NCBI GenBank assembly: GCA_021432655.1
Contig: MU271191.1
Span: forward strand, 1-64,000
DNA from: Atractiella rhizophila
Lineage: Eukaryota
Reading direction: 5' to 3'
Length of the DNA stretch: 64,000 bases
Within the stretch, counting starts at the first letter, position 1, and every line of letters starts with the position of its first letter. A model generated the notes under the pieces. It was not told where the DNA came from. It made no database searches and saw only the letters and a program-made list of their open reading frames with translations. The translations under genes were made by a program, and so were the position numbers. Below are positions 37,930 through 50,840 of the stretch, piece by piece.

Positions 37930-39967
37930 CTTAGAATCAACACAAATGAGGCTAATCTAAGGAGAGCCATTGGCTAAAGCTGAAAATGAGGTAGAAAGGC
38001 TGAAGAGAGTCAAGGTAGATTGCGTAGCCTTCATGACCAGCCATCGAGGTGCTGATGTCATCCATAAGAAAGTGAGGTGAGTGGCTGAACGCATGAAACA
38101 AAGATGAAAGAAAACTTACTTCAAAAATGACGGAAGCCACCCTCTCTAATGAAAGCCAGATACTCCGCCTCTTCAGCATTTCGATTCATAGATGCCCTCT
38201 CTTCCTTTTGACCAAACCTGGCGACATCCTCGTCGTACCATGTCTTGAAAACTCTGCACACATGGTAGTTCATTAGTATGCAGCCTAGATACTCCAATCC
38301 ATGAACATACCTCCAGTTCTTATTCACGTATATCTCCTCCAATATCACATCGGCCAGACTCTAGAACGCATCATCTTTCGTGTTCTCCGTGGCAGCAACT
38401 TTGTTGCTGCTCACTGGAGCAATTGCTTGAAAGTCAGCATTGTCTCCAGACGTGATGAATGGATCTTTGCTTGCATCAGGATCCAATAGCCTACGCTATG
38501 AAAAATGGTCTTCTGGCACCTCAGAAATAATTGGAACGCACCAATACAGCAAAACGGTGTCGAAGGGATTGAAGAATCACTTTGTCGAAAATCTGAACCC
38601 TTTTATCATTCATTAGAGACTCTACAACCACATGGATTGGTTCAGTGTTGCGCGGTGTGGCTTTTCTCTTCTTCTTGCCATTGACTTGCAAGGAAGCAAA
38701 CGAGAGAAGCAGTTTACATATTCCAGTCAATACATTGTTTGCTAACCAGAAGGAAATACATATACCTTTGCCTTCACCTGAGCCCGTGTTTGAATGGCTT
38801 CATTTCTGCAAGTGAAGACAGAGTGCCTGTATGGCAGCAGGTGAGGCTAAGATGCCATCGGGAAGCGTCCAGCTCTCGGTAACTTTGTGCTAAGAACGCA
38901 TGGCATGAGACAGTTGCTTCAACGGAAGAAAGTGATACTGTACCTCGACTTGAGTCGCTAGCTTTTTGTAAGCTCGCTGGTTTGGGTTCATAATAAGCTC
39001 CCATATCAGATTACAGACTCTTAGCTGCAATGGAATAGAAGTATGGGACAGCGGTCAAACGGAGGATGACGAGAGAGCCACGACTGTGTCAGTGTCTGGA
39101 GTCCAATTTAAGACCAGGAAAGTCTTCATTTGGCGGAGCGTGCTGTTAACCTTGAGTAACATGCCAAATGCAAGCAGTTCACGTTCTGAAGCGGAAGCCT
39201 GACAATGAGGTCAACTTTACTCGCCCCCATCATGATGATGATAAAGAGAGAGCCCATACCTTCCTAAACAGCTCAAGCTCAAGCTGGTCTCCCTCTCCAA
39301 GAGTCAGCTTGGCCTGTACCCTTTCCATGATGGCCCGTGGAGCTTCAGCCGGGTGAGAGAAACCGTCCATGATTGTGTCCCAATCTGGTAGTCTGCTGGT
39401 GTGACTGACGGATGGCGGACTGTCATTTTCTTCTGCCTCTTAAGAAATGGGACCTTTCGTCCACCATTGTGTTTAAAACCTTTGTCCTCTTATCCACAAC
39501 TGTTGTTACCATAGTCTCTCAGAAATCAGGGTCTTAAACCCCCCATTGTCCGTTCAACTAGCTTTGTGATTGAAGTATTTCTTCGAAATAAGGTTGTGCC
39601 AAACGCCATCGCAATTTGCCTGATTTGCTTGCCCTTGAGCTCAGTTCAGCTCAGTCCGTGTCTGTACTTCGCATGCTCTTTGCTGAGGAGCTGTGGTGCT
39701 CGGCCTCGATCATGTGATCCTTTTTGGAAACTGACTGATGGATAAAAGTTGGGGTGGACGAAAGGGGAGAGTGAGGAAGAGGGAGATGTCTGAGAAAATG
39801 TAGCTAGTTAGGAGTGCCACGAAGCCAAAGAAAGGGGCAGCAGAAAGGGTTGGAGTTCTCAAGCAGGTCGTCGTCATGCCATGGACAAGGTTTTATCCCT
39901 GACATCATCAACTCTGGCGACTTCCAACGCTGACGGACTCTGACCCCTGAGACCAGGTCTGCCTAAT

Positions 39968-41135
39968 ATGTCAATACCTTCTCCTAAGAAACAGAGGCAA
40001 TCTTCCTTAGCAGTCCCCGAGCGGCCACATTCTACTCCTTCAGCGCTGTTCTGGATCTGACATTCACGCATCTAACATCAAATACCCTGAGGCATATCGA
40101 GCAGCCGAAAGGGAGACAAGGCGGTTATGGGTATGTGTGAAGATGGAGAAATTTTTGAGGATGATCGGAATGAGCAGCCCTGATGCTGAAGAGGCACTTT
40201 CCCAGCTGCTCGAAAGATGTGAGCAAATTGTGCTTCCAGCAGCTGAGAGCAAGCAGTACGATGTCGTGGTACGAGCTTTTATCAGTCATAGGGATGGGTT
40301 TCATAGATCAAATAGATTTGATAAGTACAAGGAACTGAGCGACCCTGTTGAGGAAGAAAATGCAAGTGAATGCCTTGACCTTGCGGCTGAGATTCTACTG
40401 TGTGTTGTCAAGTTTGGTTCGGCGAGCTACCACGTCTCGAAACCTTTCACCGACTTTCAGATGTATCCCATCGATTGTAGCAAGAAATGTTTCGACACAT
40501 ATTGCCCTTGTCTAAAGAAGCTTGTACTTTTGAAGGATATCTGGAGAAAGATGGAGTATGAAAAGGAAGGAGACATGCTTTGCAAATTAAATGTTGCAAA
40601 CTTCCCCAACATTCCCACCATTCTTGACAACTGTGATATCGATGGTGACTTTCAGAAGATCAAGGTGCCTTATCGCCAGGCGATGCAACATTACGTTCAG
40701 GATGCACTCTTTGTTCCTTCCTTCAGGTCCAGTTGGGAAATGGTCAATGTGACGCCATTCGAGGTATGTTTTTACTCTTTGCCTGACAGAACACAGCTCA
40801 CGAAGCCGCATGGGAGAGTACGAACATTTTACACCCCGATATTTCCTCAGGCAATATCCTTATTTACGATCCACCGTCAACACCCGATGGCGAGCTAGTA
40901 GAGTCACGGGGACTTTTGATTGATTGGGAAATGGCAAAAGTGGAGCATCAGAGTCATTCCCCGGACTACTGAACGTACCCTAAGTTCTATCAGTCAACTG
41001 TACGACGCCATTTCTGAATCGTGAGTGATGCAGGGTACCCATCCATTCATCGCTCCAGAACCATTGAGTCCAGATCACATCCAACACAAACCGCGGCATG
41101 ACCTAGAATTATTCCTTTATGTCTTACTTTGGATC
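39968..41135 (+). pseudogene. FunK1 (Pkinase_fungal) protein kinase pseudogene
   Basis: VLLKDIWR..EGDML.KL...IPTI; after an intron NILHPDISSGNILI..GLLIDWEMAK; then GTHPFIA..HKPRHDLELFLYVLLW. HRD is changed to HPD (40832..40840) and the gene is truncated by a pogo fragment. Confidence 0.85.
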
Positions 41136-41734
41136 ACAAGCATGAAAAATCCATCAAACACTTCAAGCCAAATGCCCTTGATCCCAAACGTGCACAAGCT
41201 TTTAATCATTCTAATGTCGATTCATACAATAACTTGATGGACGACACAATGAGAACGTGTGGGATAGCCTGGGGGGATGTTGTGAATATGGATGAGAGAG
41301 GAAACCAATTAGGAGGAGGTCGGAATATGGGATCACGAAGATAATCATTCAGGAACAACTTTTGTGGATCGAAACCACTTTACAGCCAAAGATTTTTCGC
41401 CAGCATTTCAAACGTCGACATGCACACAGCTTCCCAATTCTGTACTGCAAGATCTTTTCAACTTGGATGAATCTGTACCATTGGACACAGAGGATTACGA
41501 GACCCCTCAACCTGATGAACCTGATAGTATCAATTCAGCTTTTCAGCTTATCGATCCTCAAACCTCTGGACCATACACCGAATCTTCCCTTCATACTCGA
41601 CAATTTCCAATCATCCAATTACTCAAGTCCACATCTGACATCTGCTAGACACTCCCATCAGCTTCAACCCCGACATCCATTCAGATGATACCCTCAAGTT
41701 CTCCCAACTCCACCCACAGTACCACATCCATCTC
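41135..41734 (+). mobile_element. pogo/Fot1 transposase fragment (target of the LINE insertion)
   Basis: LDPKRAQAFN..GIAWGDVVNMDERGNQLGGGR, then an internal deletion and a C-terminal part homologous to 7357..7700. Confidence 0.85.
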
Positions 41735-43596
41735 GTTGTTGTTGTTGTTGTGATCATATTTCAGAGCATTCAGACTATAGTCAACGTAGCTCTACATTTG
41801 GGGATATCACATGTGAGAAAATGAAGATGTTAACAGTCCCAACAAAGTAATCTCGGAGGTTGAATCAGAACCGAGAATATTGCGACGAGAAAGTGTAAAG
41901 GATATGAAAAAAGGCCCCTGGTAATCCCCGTTAAAATTTATGTTGGCGTAGAACGAAAGAAGCGGATGGGGGGTTACTAAATCGCGATGGCTATTGTGTG
42001 GTTGGGTTGTACGAGATGGGGATTGACGATGTATTTGGTTCCTCCTTTGCTATAACCTCATGGTATATGTGTGGTGGTAGATGGTTGTGTTCCTAGGAGC
42101 AATACCTTAGATGGGTCAGTGATAGATTGGACGTAACTCGTTATTAGTCTTCCCACTCCTCCCTGAACTCTTCTTCCTTCCCTCTACTTTTCGCCGTTTG
42201 CTTTCGCTTCTCCTTTCTTCTGTCCAAGACTCTTTGTGCCCTTTTGATACATAGGTTGAATTTCCCACTCTTCCGGATGAATTCCCACACTGCTTGCGTT
42301 GCCTCCGGTTCGCTTAAAAGGTCCTTCAGGGATCGGAATCGAATGTCTTTCTTCCTGAGCCTGGCCCTGAGCTTCTTCCTTTCGTCTTCGTGTTCCTCAC
42401 ATTCGAAAAATAGGTGGGTGACCATGTCGTTCATTCCACAGAAGTCACAGTATGGCTCGTCCACGACCCCGATGCAGTGGAGGTATTGGTTGTTGGAGAT
42501 GTGTCCGCTGCGGAGTTGTACGAAGATGGATGCTTGAGCTCGTGGCATCTCCTTAAGCATTTCGAAGGTCTGGTCCGAGGAGAGGTGACAAGATAGCGAG
42601 TGGTGGTGTTTGCCGGCAGAGAGTGTCGGGAGTTCGCTGGGTAGGAACCGACTGGTCGTTATTATGGCCTTCAGTGCGGATGGGCTTTTCGCAATGACGA
42701 TGTGGCCTGTTGCTGATTCGGGATCCGTCGCGCTGTTGGCCGCCGTGTCCGCTAGCTCGTTGCCTTTGACGTTGTTGTGGCCTGGGATCCAATGGAGAGA
42801 GATGGAGCTGGTGGGGAAGAGCCTTCGGAATCTGTTTGCCAGCTTGTTGATGTTGAGGATCAAGCCGACTCCAGGTTTGCATTTCGGTTTCTTCGATAAA
42901 CTTTTGACTGCGGCCTGAGAATCTGTGAAAATGCGTATAGACGAGACGGTTCCTCTTGAGTTATTGAGCGCAATCCCCAGTGTCAAGGCTCGATCTATCC
43001 CCATTAGTTCCGCTTCGAAGATGGTGTTATCGTCTTGGTTGCTGATCCTGTATCCCGCTTTGTTCTCTGGTTCTGTCATCGCTAGCCCGCATGCCACTCC
43101 ATCCTCCGTCCTTGAGCCGTCCGTGAAGATCCAAATTTCATCCTCTTCTTGCTTTAGCTTCTTGAAATCTTGCATTGCGTCTTCCTTTGAGTCCGCTATG
43201 CAGATGTCGAAAGGTGGTGAGTGGCCAGGGTGGGTGGTGAAAGAAGGGATGATTTCGAGGTCCTTGAGGAAGTTGAGTTTGTCGGAGAGGAGGAGTGAAT
43301 TAAGAGGAGAAAGGTGTTTGTTGGGTTGAGCAGAATTGAGTATATTTTTGCGATCCTGCCCGCTGGGTTGGAGTCCGGGAGGGAGAGCAGTGTGATCATT
43401 GCTCGAGTAATCGTTTTATCGAGGCGAGCCACCACTGGCGGAAGGTTGGAGTCATAGGAGAGAGCCGTTGTAGGGGTGGTGCGAAAGGCTCCGAGCATGA
43501 GTCTTTGAGCATATCGTTGAACGATTTCCAGCCGTGCTGCGCCGCCACTCTTCTTTCCAAGATGGTGCCAAATGATTGCGTTGTTATCTGTCCTTG
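41735..43596 (-). mobile_element. Tad1-like LINE 3' part (end of RT region, RNase H, CCHC finger, 3' UTR, (CAA)n tail)
   Basis: LGAFRTTP; IFTDGS..FEAELMGI..IFTDSQAA..WIPGH..GNELAD RNase H; QLRSGH..CDFC..HLFFEC. (gtt)5 at 41735..41750 is a CAA tail on the minus strand, directly next to TSD ccacatccatctc (41722..41734). Confidence 0.95.
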
Positions 43597-43740
43597 CACA
43601 GATCTCACTTCCTACATCATTTTGGTCTTGTGACTTTTCTCTTCCCTTTTCTTCTTCTATTGCTTGATAATTGGCTCAAGGAATGCCGACTGCCTACGGT
43701 GATATTTCTCACAAATATGCAAGACCCCTGCTGTGTGAGT

Positions 43741-43837
43741 CCCATCGCTTTTGTGGCTCGCATTTGCAGGTAAAGCTATTTCTCTTAAGTACCAATGAAA
43801 TGTATTCTCATCGCTTTTGTGGCTTGCATTTGCAGTG
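43741..43837 (-). repeat. Probable CACTA/CMC terminal fragment
   Basis: Two copies of catcgcttttgtggctYgcatttgcag; the second ends in gcagtg (CACTGC on the minus strand). Confidence 0.5.
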
Positions 43838-43869
43838 CTTACAGATCCATATCTGGTCAGATCCATCAG

Positions 43870-44543
43870 ACGATTTTGTTGATGAAAGCAAGAAGGTGGG
43901 ATGATGAACCAGCAAAGTGCTCAATCATGTTGACTAGGAAGTAGGATCATGCTATTGACCTCAAGGAAGGAGCAGTGGCTTATAAGGGGTCAGGTGTACC
44001 CTATGTCTTAGAATGAGCAAGGAGAGTTGGATAAGTTCTTAGAGAAGATACGGCATGGGAAGGGAGAGCATGGGTATCCAGTTTTCTTCATTAACAAGAA
44101 GGATGGAAAGGAACTTCATCTAATTCAGGACTTTTGAAAACTAAACGACATGACAATGAAGAATCAATACCCTATTCCTCCCCTCAATGACCTCATCAAA
44201 CGAATCAGCAACAAGAAGATCTTCAGGAAACTTGACATTTGCTGGGGATACAACAATGTTAGGATCAAGGAAGGAGACGAACACAAGGTAGCTTTCCTTA
44301 CCAATCGGGGTCTCTTTGACCCATTGGTCATGTTCTACAGTCTCTGCAATGCCCCTAGTACCTTTCAGACAAGGATGACGGAAATTCTTTGGGATCTGAT
44401 CTTGAGTGGAGAAGTAGAAGTCTACATTGACAACAGGATCCACACCATGACGGAGCACAGAAATGAGGAGCTGGTTCAGGAAATCTGTAAATGATTCAAA
44501 CAATATGGTCTACGCCTCAAACTGGAGAAATTTGAATTTCTTA
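43870..44543 (+). mobile_element. Ty3/Gypsy reverse transcriptase fragment
   Basis: DHAIDL, PVFFINKKDG, KNQYPIP, KLDICWGYNNVRIKEGDEHKVAF, LCNAPSTFQ, VYIDN, LKLEKFEF. Confidence 0.92.
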
Positions 44544-44643
44544 AATCGGATTCGTTTGCCATCTGCTTGGCGAAAAACTGTGAGTGGTTGCTCAGGATAG
44601 AAGTCACGTGGATTGATAGGAGTGTTCAGGGAGATGGATGTGG

Positions 44644-47613
44644 GGGAAGAACGACGAAACCCCATCGAACAATTCCAACAATTCCAACTCTCCAACACAA
44701 CCCACCGACTACCATGCCCCAGAAAGGCTCCAACCCCTCACAAGAGGGCGGAAAGGCCAACTCTGGACCTGGGAAAGGAGGGGAACTGCGAGTAGAATTT
44801 GCTCCAACTTCTACTCGCCTCCCCACCGCTCCCCAAAATCAGCACTCCATGAGTGCCAACAAAGGAGGAATAATGAGAAATAGCCAGAGGGCTATCAACG
44901 AAAGCGACGGAGGAGGAAGGGTCACCAGTACGCACCTCCTTGACATGAGTGCTTCGAACCGAGAGTCTATTCCACCTCTTTCCATCCATGGCACCCCTTC
45001 CTTTCCAAGAGTTGTAGACATTCTGGGCATTGATGAAGAGACCCAGAATGACCCTGTCCAGCTTCTGGACTTTGCCTTTTTAGAATTTCGCAATATGTGC
45101 AGGAAAAACAAGCTCAAAAATGCCAGAGGAGAATTCAAAACGGATCAAACCGTAGTAGACAACATTAGCACTCTTTTTAAGACTGCCATTCATATGCTGA
45201 AGCTAGACCCTCTCAGCGAAATGTGCCGCATTACTCGTAATCAAGCCATTACGAACAAGTCAATCGATTTGATCCTAGACAGACTAGAAGGGATTGAAAG
45301 CAAACTCTCAGAGGGAGTCTGTGTTCATGATACGAACACCATCTGACCCACCTGGGTGCCAGATGCAAATGACTTCCCTCCGCTTAGCCTTCTCCCCTCA
45401 GTCCTAGCACCGACGAACGCTCCCACCCGTTCCAGGGCAGCTTCTAAGAAAGCTCGCCAGAGGCGAAATCGCTCTAGAAAGCTGACACTTTTCCCTCCCA
45501 ATGACTCCGAAGCCCACCAAGTTGATAAATCCGAAGCGGATTTGCTTGCTCAAGTCAATGAGGCCCTAGACAAGAGATTGGTCTTCAGAGAACCGATTAG
45601 GGACAACACCCCGGAAGAACAGGAGAATAGTATCGTCACTGCTTCTGCAGTAGACAAACTACCTGGAGGGGGGTTGGCTCTATGGTTCAACGATACCATC
45701 GATTGCGACAGGGCATCGCAAACCTTCACAGAGTGGCTAGACGCTTGCGGTGAACTCAAGGGCTTCACCCGAAATGTTCCAACGGACGTTGTGGTGATTC
45801 ACAGAGTCCAGACCGATTGGAATATAAGGGACAAGAGTCAGGTCAAGAGACTACTCTTAGACCGCAACAACTGGACAGAAATGGATGTTCTAAAGATAGA
45901 ATGGGTCTCGAAGAAAATTTTCAAAGACAAGAATGTAGAAAGCAACGCTCTCAAGAGCTTCTCATCCTTGTTGATTTTCTTCAAAAACGGAAAAGTCACG
46001 GATGAAGCCATTGAAAGAGGGGTGTTCTTCAATGGTCGACGCCTCAACGCCGAAAAATCGATTCGAGCCTTGCCACAATGCTTTAATTGCTTCCAACTAG
46101 GACACTTTGGTAGAAGCTGTCATAGAAAAGGCAGACCTGTTTGCAGAGCATGTGCAGAAGAGCACAATACAAGATATTGCACAAAGCAACTAACCTGCTT
46201 CATGCAGGAAGGAACAAACCCATCTCCATGTGGAGATAAGACCCCGATAGGTACACTCTGCTCACAAGTGAGGGTAGCGTTACGCTGTGCTTACTGTGGC
46301 GAGAAAGAACATGGCGCACACGGGGCCTATGGAGGAGACAATTGCCTTAGGAAGAGAGCTGACAGAGCTAAAGCGAGATTAGTCGAAAGAGAACTAGGAG
46401 AATACTTTGAAAGGGATGAATGGGATGACGAACCGGAAGGGGCACCCATTAATCAAGAGGATAAAGAGGAGGGAAATGACGGAAGAGAACAGATGCCCAA
46501 GCTTGAGACAGGAAGTGAAACAACTGAGTTGCCAGTATTGAGCAACAATGAGGTTGTAGAATGATAGAAGAAATCTTCACATGGCCTGATGCAGTCACGA
46601 TACCAGTTCAGAGAGCAGTTTGGTCCCACCACACACTCCAGCAATGGTTCCAAACTCATCTGCCCCTAAAAGAATTCTAACGATCATTCAGCAAAATCAA
46701 CATAAAAGAGGAACTATCACGCACTCTTTTCTAAATTCTGAAGACCGTCTAGCAGACATCATTTTAATTCAAGAGCCTCCCACAGTTCTTCCTGACAGCG
46801 GGACACTTATTCGTTATCCCGGTTACAAAACAATTGCCTCAAAAAAAGCGAAAACTTCAGACTCTAGATCAGAAGTCTCCCGCTCTGTTATTCCTATCAA
46901 TCTTAATACATTTTCGGGAGATTCATTTGTGGAAGTCCCCAGTAAATATCCTGATGTTTCAGCGGTGGTGATTTCACTTAAAGGGGGGGAAAGCTTCTTC
47001 GTCATAAACGTATACAATGCGGCAGGGGGCAGACAGATTATTAACAATGTTATGTCGCTCTTAAATGACGCAAGAGATAGAGGAGCATTAAAAGAAGAGG
47101 ACCTGATATATGTAGGGGGGATTTTAACTTGCACCACACCGAGTGGAACCCAGAAGGGTACACACGCACGGATGGCAACGCAGACTATCTCCTAGAAAAC
47201 ATGGAGGAGATAGGTCTCACCCTACGCTCTCAACGAGGTGTCCCAACATTCATAAGTGCCCTGGGACACGAAACAGCCATTGATCTTATCTTCACTAACG
47301 AAATCGCCAACGAGTTCATAACATACTGCGTCACTGACCGAGGGGGAAACAGTCACAACTCGGACCACTACAAGCTAGTGACCAAGCTTTCGCTCCTTCC
47401 CCCAGCATTCAATCCATGTCGCCACTACAACCTCCAAACCGCTAACTGGGAGTTGGTAAGAGAACACCTTCAAAAATCTGATCTGTTGGCAGGTATCCCA
47501 GGGGACGTGGACGAACGAGCGACGAAAGAAAACATCGATGCAGCGGTCGAACACCTCACCGCAGCGCTGGTTGACGCCATGAAACTGATCCCCAGAGTTT
47601 CCAAGAGTCAACC
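44644..47613 (+). mobile_element. Tad1-like LINE 5' part (5' UTR, ORF1, APE endonuclease)
   Basis: Starts immediately after the inverted TSD (44631..44643). ORF1 44714..46564 has one in-frame TGA at 45344 and CX2CX4HX4C-type knuckles. APE motifs IIQQN, DIILIQEP, INVYN, GDFN.HH..W, IDLIF, SDH. RT core absent. Confidence 0.95.
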
Positions 47614-48079
47614 CAGAGATATCAATGAAAATATAGTGTTTCATAAAATCTGTGTTTTTCAAGTATCTATATGCAAATTACTGGATTTTTTCCCCGCAAT
47701 CTTAAGAATTAGGTCAAGTCTTTCATATTCCAAAACCCTTAATGATCTCACTGCAAGTTGCTGAAAGAGAGCTTGTTGAAGGCAATTCTACTTCAGGAGG
47801 CGAAGTGCGCAAAATGTGCAAATTAGAGTTAAAGTGAGTAGCATGACACGCGTTTGGGTCACATGCAAGCGGAACAACCGCACAGTCTGTTTAATGAATG
47901 TTTTTGATTGTCGTCTTTGACACGATGTGACCTTCCGTCTTTCCTCTCACTTCCCACCATCCTCCAAATGCCTGGTTGGAAGAAGAAAGGTCTGACAGAG
48001 GCTCAGGAGGTAGCTGCCCAGAAAGAAAAGGATTTTGTTGAGGTACTATATATTTATTAGGAAAGGAGAGAGGAGGCTG

Positions 48080-48920
48080 AGAGGACAAATAACCTGAAGT
48101 GTGTCATCACCTTCAGAGAGCTATCACGCCAGTACTCCTATCCAAATGGCAAGGGAGGGATTGTTTACATGAATTATGGTACACTGAGGCTGCGGTGTCA
48201 AGGAGGCTTAAGTCACACTGAAAGTCATAAGCATCAGAGGCTGCTCAGCGCTAGAGAAGAAGATGCCCTTGTCAGCTGGCTTTGATGGGTTGGTGATTCT
48301 GGCCTACCTCTTCACCAGAGAGGCTTGAACTTAGTGGTCAAGAAGATTATTCGAAGAGTACCAGGATCCCAAATGTGTGAAGGCATTTAATCGGACAAAT
48401 CTGAATTCTTATTCGATTTGATGGAGGAGACAATGCACAAGTATAAGATAAGATGGTGTGATGTTGCAAATATGGACGAGAAGGGATTGCAACTTGGAGG
48501 AGGTTGAAAGTTGGGGAAACGGCGTGTTATCGGTGCCACTGAGAGGAAATCGGTATACCCAGCGAAATCAGACAAGCTTGAGCTGGTTACCCTTATTGAT
48601 GTGTCACTCCAGATGGGAATTCTCTGCCTCCGCTTTTTATCTTCTCCTGCAAGCGTTTTATGAAGAACTTGCTAGAGGGTTTGACAGAAGCACAAAAGAA
48701 TGGTATTTTGAACGCCGTTTTGGTCTTTAGCTCAAGTGCTTTTATGTATGCTCAGAATTTCACTTTAGTGTTGGGATACCAGAGAATGGATGGTCAGATA
48801 AGTTGCTAGGCTATCTATGGTTCACACTGGTTTATGTCCCTTTTGTCAAAAGTTGACCTGATCCAAATCGTCCTTGTCTTCTCATCCTTGACAGCCATGG
48901 TTCCCATGCACCAGCACACA
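48080..48920 (+). mobile_element. pogo/Fot1 DDE_1 transposase fragment
   Basis: LLSAREEDALVSW, ANMDEKGLQLGGG, ELVTLID, LPPLFIF, NGWSD, LLILDSHGSH. Confidence 0.88.
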
Positions 48921-48924
48921 TTAT

Positions 48925-49700
48925 TCATTATGTCTGGGAGAGAGGGTTTTTTGTTATTGAACACCTGAGCACCGTCGAGCAAGAAGGCGAGCAGTGTATC
49001 AGAAGGGAGAAGCTTTTTCCCGTGTACCAGCTTCAAGTAATCTGAACGACAATAAATATTGTCAAACTCGTCTGGGACCATTCCTGGTAATGGATATTTC
49101 GTAAGCAGAGCTTGGGTCTGTCTCGCTTGATGCTTCGAAAAAGAAGATCCTTGAGGTGTTGCCCAAGGTTGCTGAAAAGGAGTTCAAAAGGAACAAGGAA
49201 GAACTGTTGCTGGGAAACATCCTTAGTTCGTCCACTTCGCATAGTTTCTTGTCGATAGCGAGGAAGATGGCATTTAGGGCACTCTTGAAGATCAGATCGA
49301 CTACCAGTATAAGCAATGCAAGTGTTTGGACACATATCGGAAGCTTCAGGAATGATACGGCTTTGATTCCTCGATTTGGTCAAGAGAGGGTAGGAGTTTG
49401 AAATCGCTCCTCTGTCCAGAGATGCAGATTGTTATAAGGGCATCCAGTAGCATGACCATGGTATATCATGAAAAGCTGGAGGGATATGATTTGTGCATGA
49501 GGTAAAGGCGTATATCTGTACTTTTCTTCGTCTCTGACATCGTAAGCTCCGTGCTCAGCTTTCTGAACCAGTTTCAGCTCATGTAAAAGGTGTGCAAGCT
49601 GCTCGTCACTTAGCAAGAGGTTGGAAACCATTTCATCCACTGTTTCGGAATAATTGGCAAACTTTAAGAATGTATTCAGTTGATCGGCCCACACTCATCC
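48925..49700 (-). mobile_element. CACTA/EnSpm Tnp2-like transposase fragment
   Basis: DMCPNTCIAYTG..LQECPKCHLPRY; FDNIYC..Y; DTLLAFLLDGAQVF. Confidence 0.85.
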
Positions 49701-50840
49701 ATCTCTCTGACTCCTGTCAGCCCAGTTTCCTCCTCTCCATCTGAGAAGGCGCTCTTCTGGATCTGTTAAATCTTTTTCCAATAAGTCATCCCTAGGCTCT
49801 TCCTCTCCTTTATTTCTAGCAGCTGGTCGTGCAAAGCCATCATGTATGAGTCTTCGCAATTCGATCCACTCCACCTCAGTGAGAATGGCCTTAATGGGGT
49901 CCTGTACACCTTCAGGAGCTGTAGTGGCAGCATCTACGGAATGGACAGCTCAACAGAGGATTTAGACAAAGGTATCTTTCGGTCAAATCCTTATGCTGGT
50001 TCCTCTATTGAATGTGCATGCATAGGAATCTTGCTCCTTCTCACCTTCGCTGTTACTGGCAATCTCTCCTTCGTCCTCCTCCTCAGATCCATCAATCCCA
50101 GCAAGATCTGCCTCCCAATATCGTGCATGTCAATCAAATGTCCTCTTTGCTACTCTTTACTACTCACCCCACAATATCTGCCACAGTTGCACACCCAATC
50201 TAGTGCATCTTCTGCACTGTCCATGACATGACTTGAGGAAGTAAGAGGAGTTGTGGAATGGATACAAAGTGAACTTGCTCACATACGTTGCCTGCTTCAG
50301 TTTTTTCAACTCAACAATCTCCTTCACTCTGACATATACTATTAATGCTGAGAAGTATATACTACTACTAAACACTCGAGTACTATATCCCTTTCAGATG
50401 AGGAAGAAGAAATATGGTGTGATAACAATGGTTTAGATGATTTAGGGGAAGGTATGTCGTTTTATCGCATTCTCTATTCATATCGTGAATCAATTGGTGG
50501 AATGTACAGGTTATGGGCCTTATGAACATCTCACCGTCCTAACGCCAACACCATCTCCCCTGGCAGCTGTCACGCACCACAGCCAACTACCAGACTCTGC
50601 CGTCATGCCACCCTCCATCAATATAACAGTCTTACATGTTCAGACACCGTTAAGGCACTCATCTCGTTCTCAGATCACATTGGTCAGAAATACAGATGAG
50701 CATACATTGGGAATATCTGGAAATGTGGTATATCTACGTTTAGTCAAGGGGTGGAACGGTTGAGAGGACTTAATGAATCTCTACAGTACATATCAACAAA
50801 TCTTTCATTTAATCTGTAGGGGCATAACTATGGTTAAAGG

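Noticed and set aside
37579..37960. Mirror-image ORFs on both strands
   Set aside because: Artefact of the 108-bp inverted repeat, not genes.
36620..39100. Degenerate minus-strand coding-like segments on either side of the foldback element
   Set aside because: Fragmented frames with no recognisable domain; left unannotated.
41735..41750. (GTT)n microsatellite or telomere-like tract
   Set aside because: Explained as the LINE 3' (CAA)n tail adjacent to its TSD.
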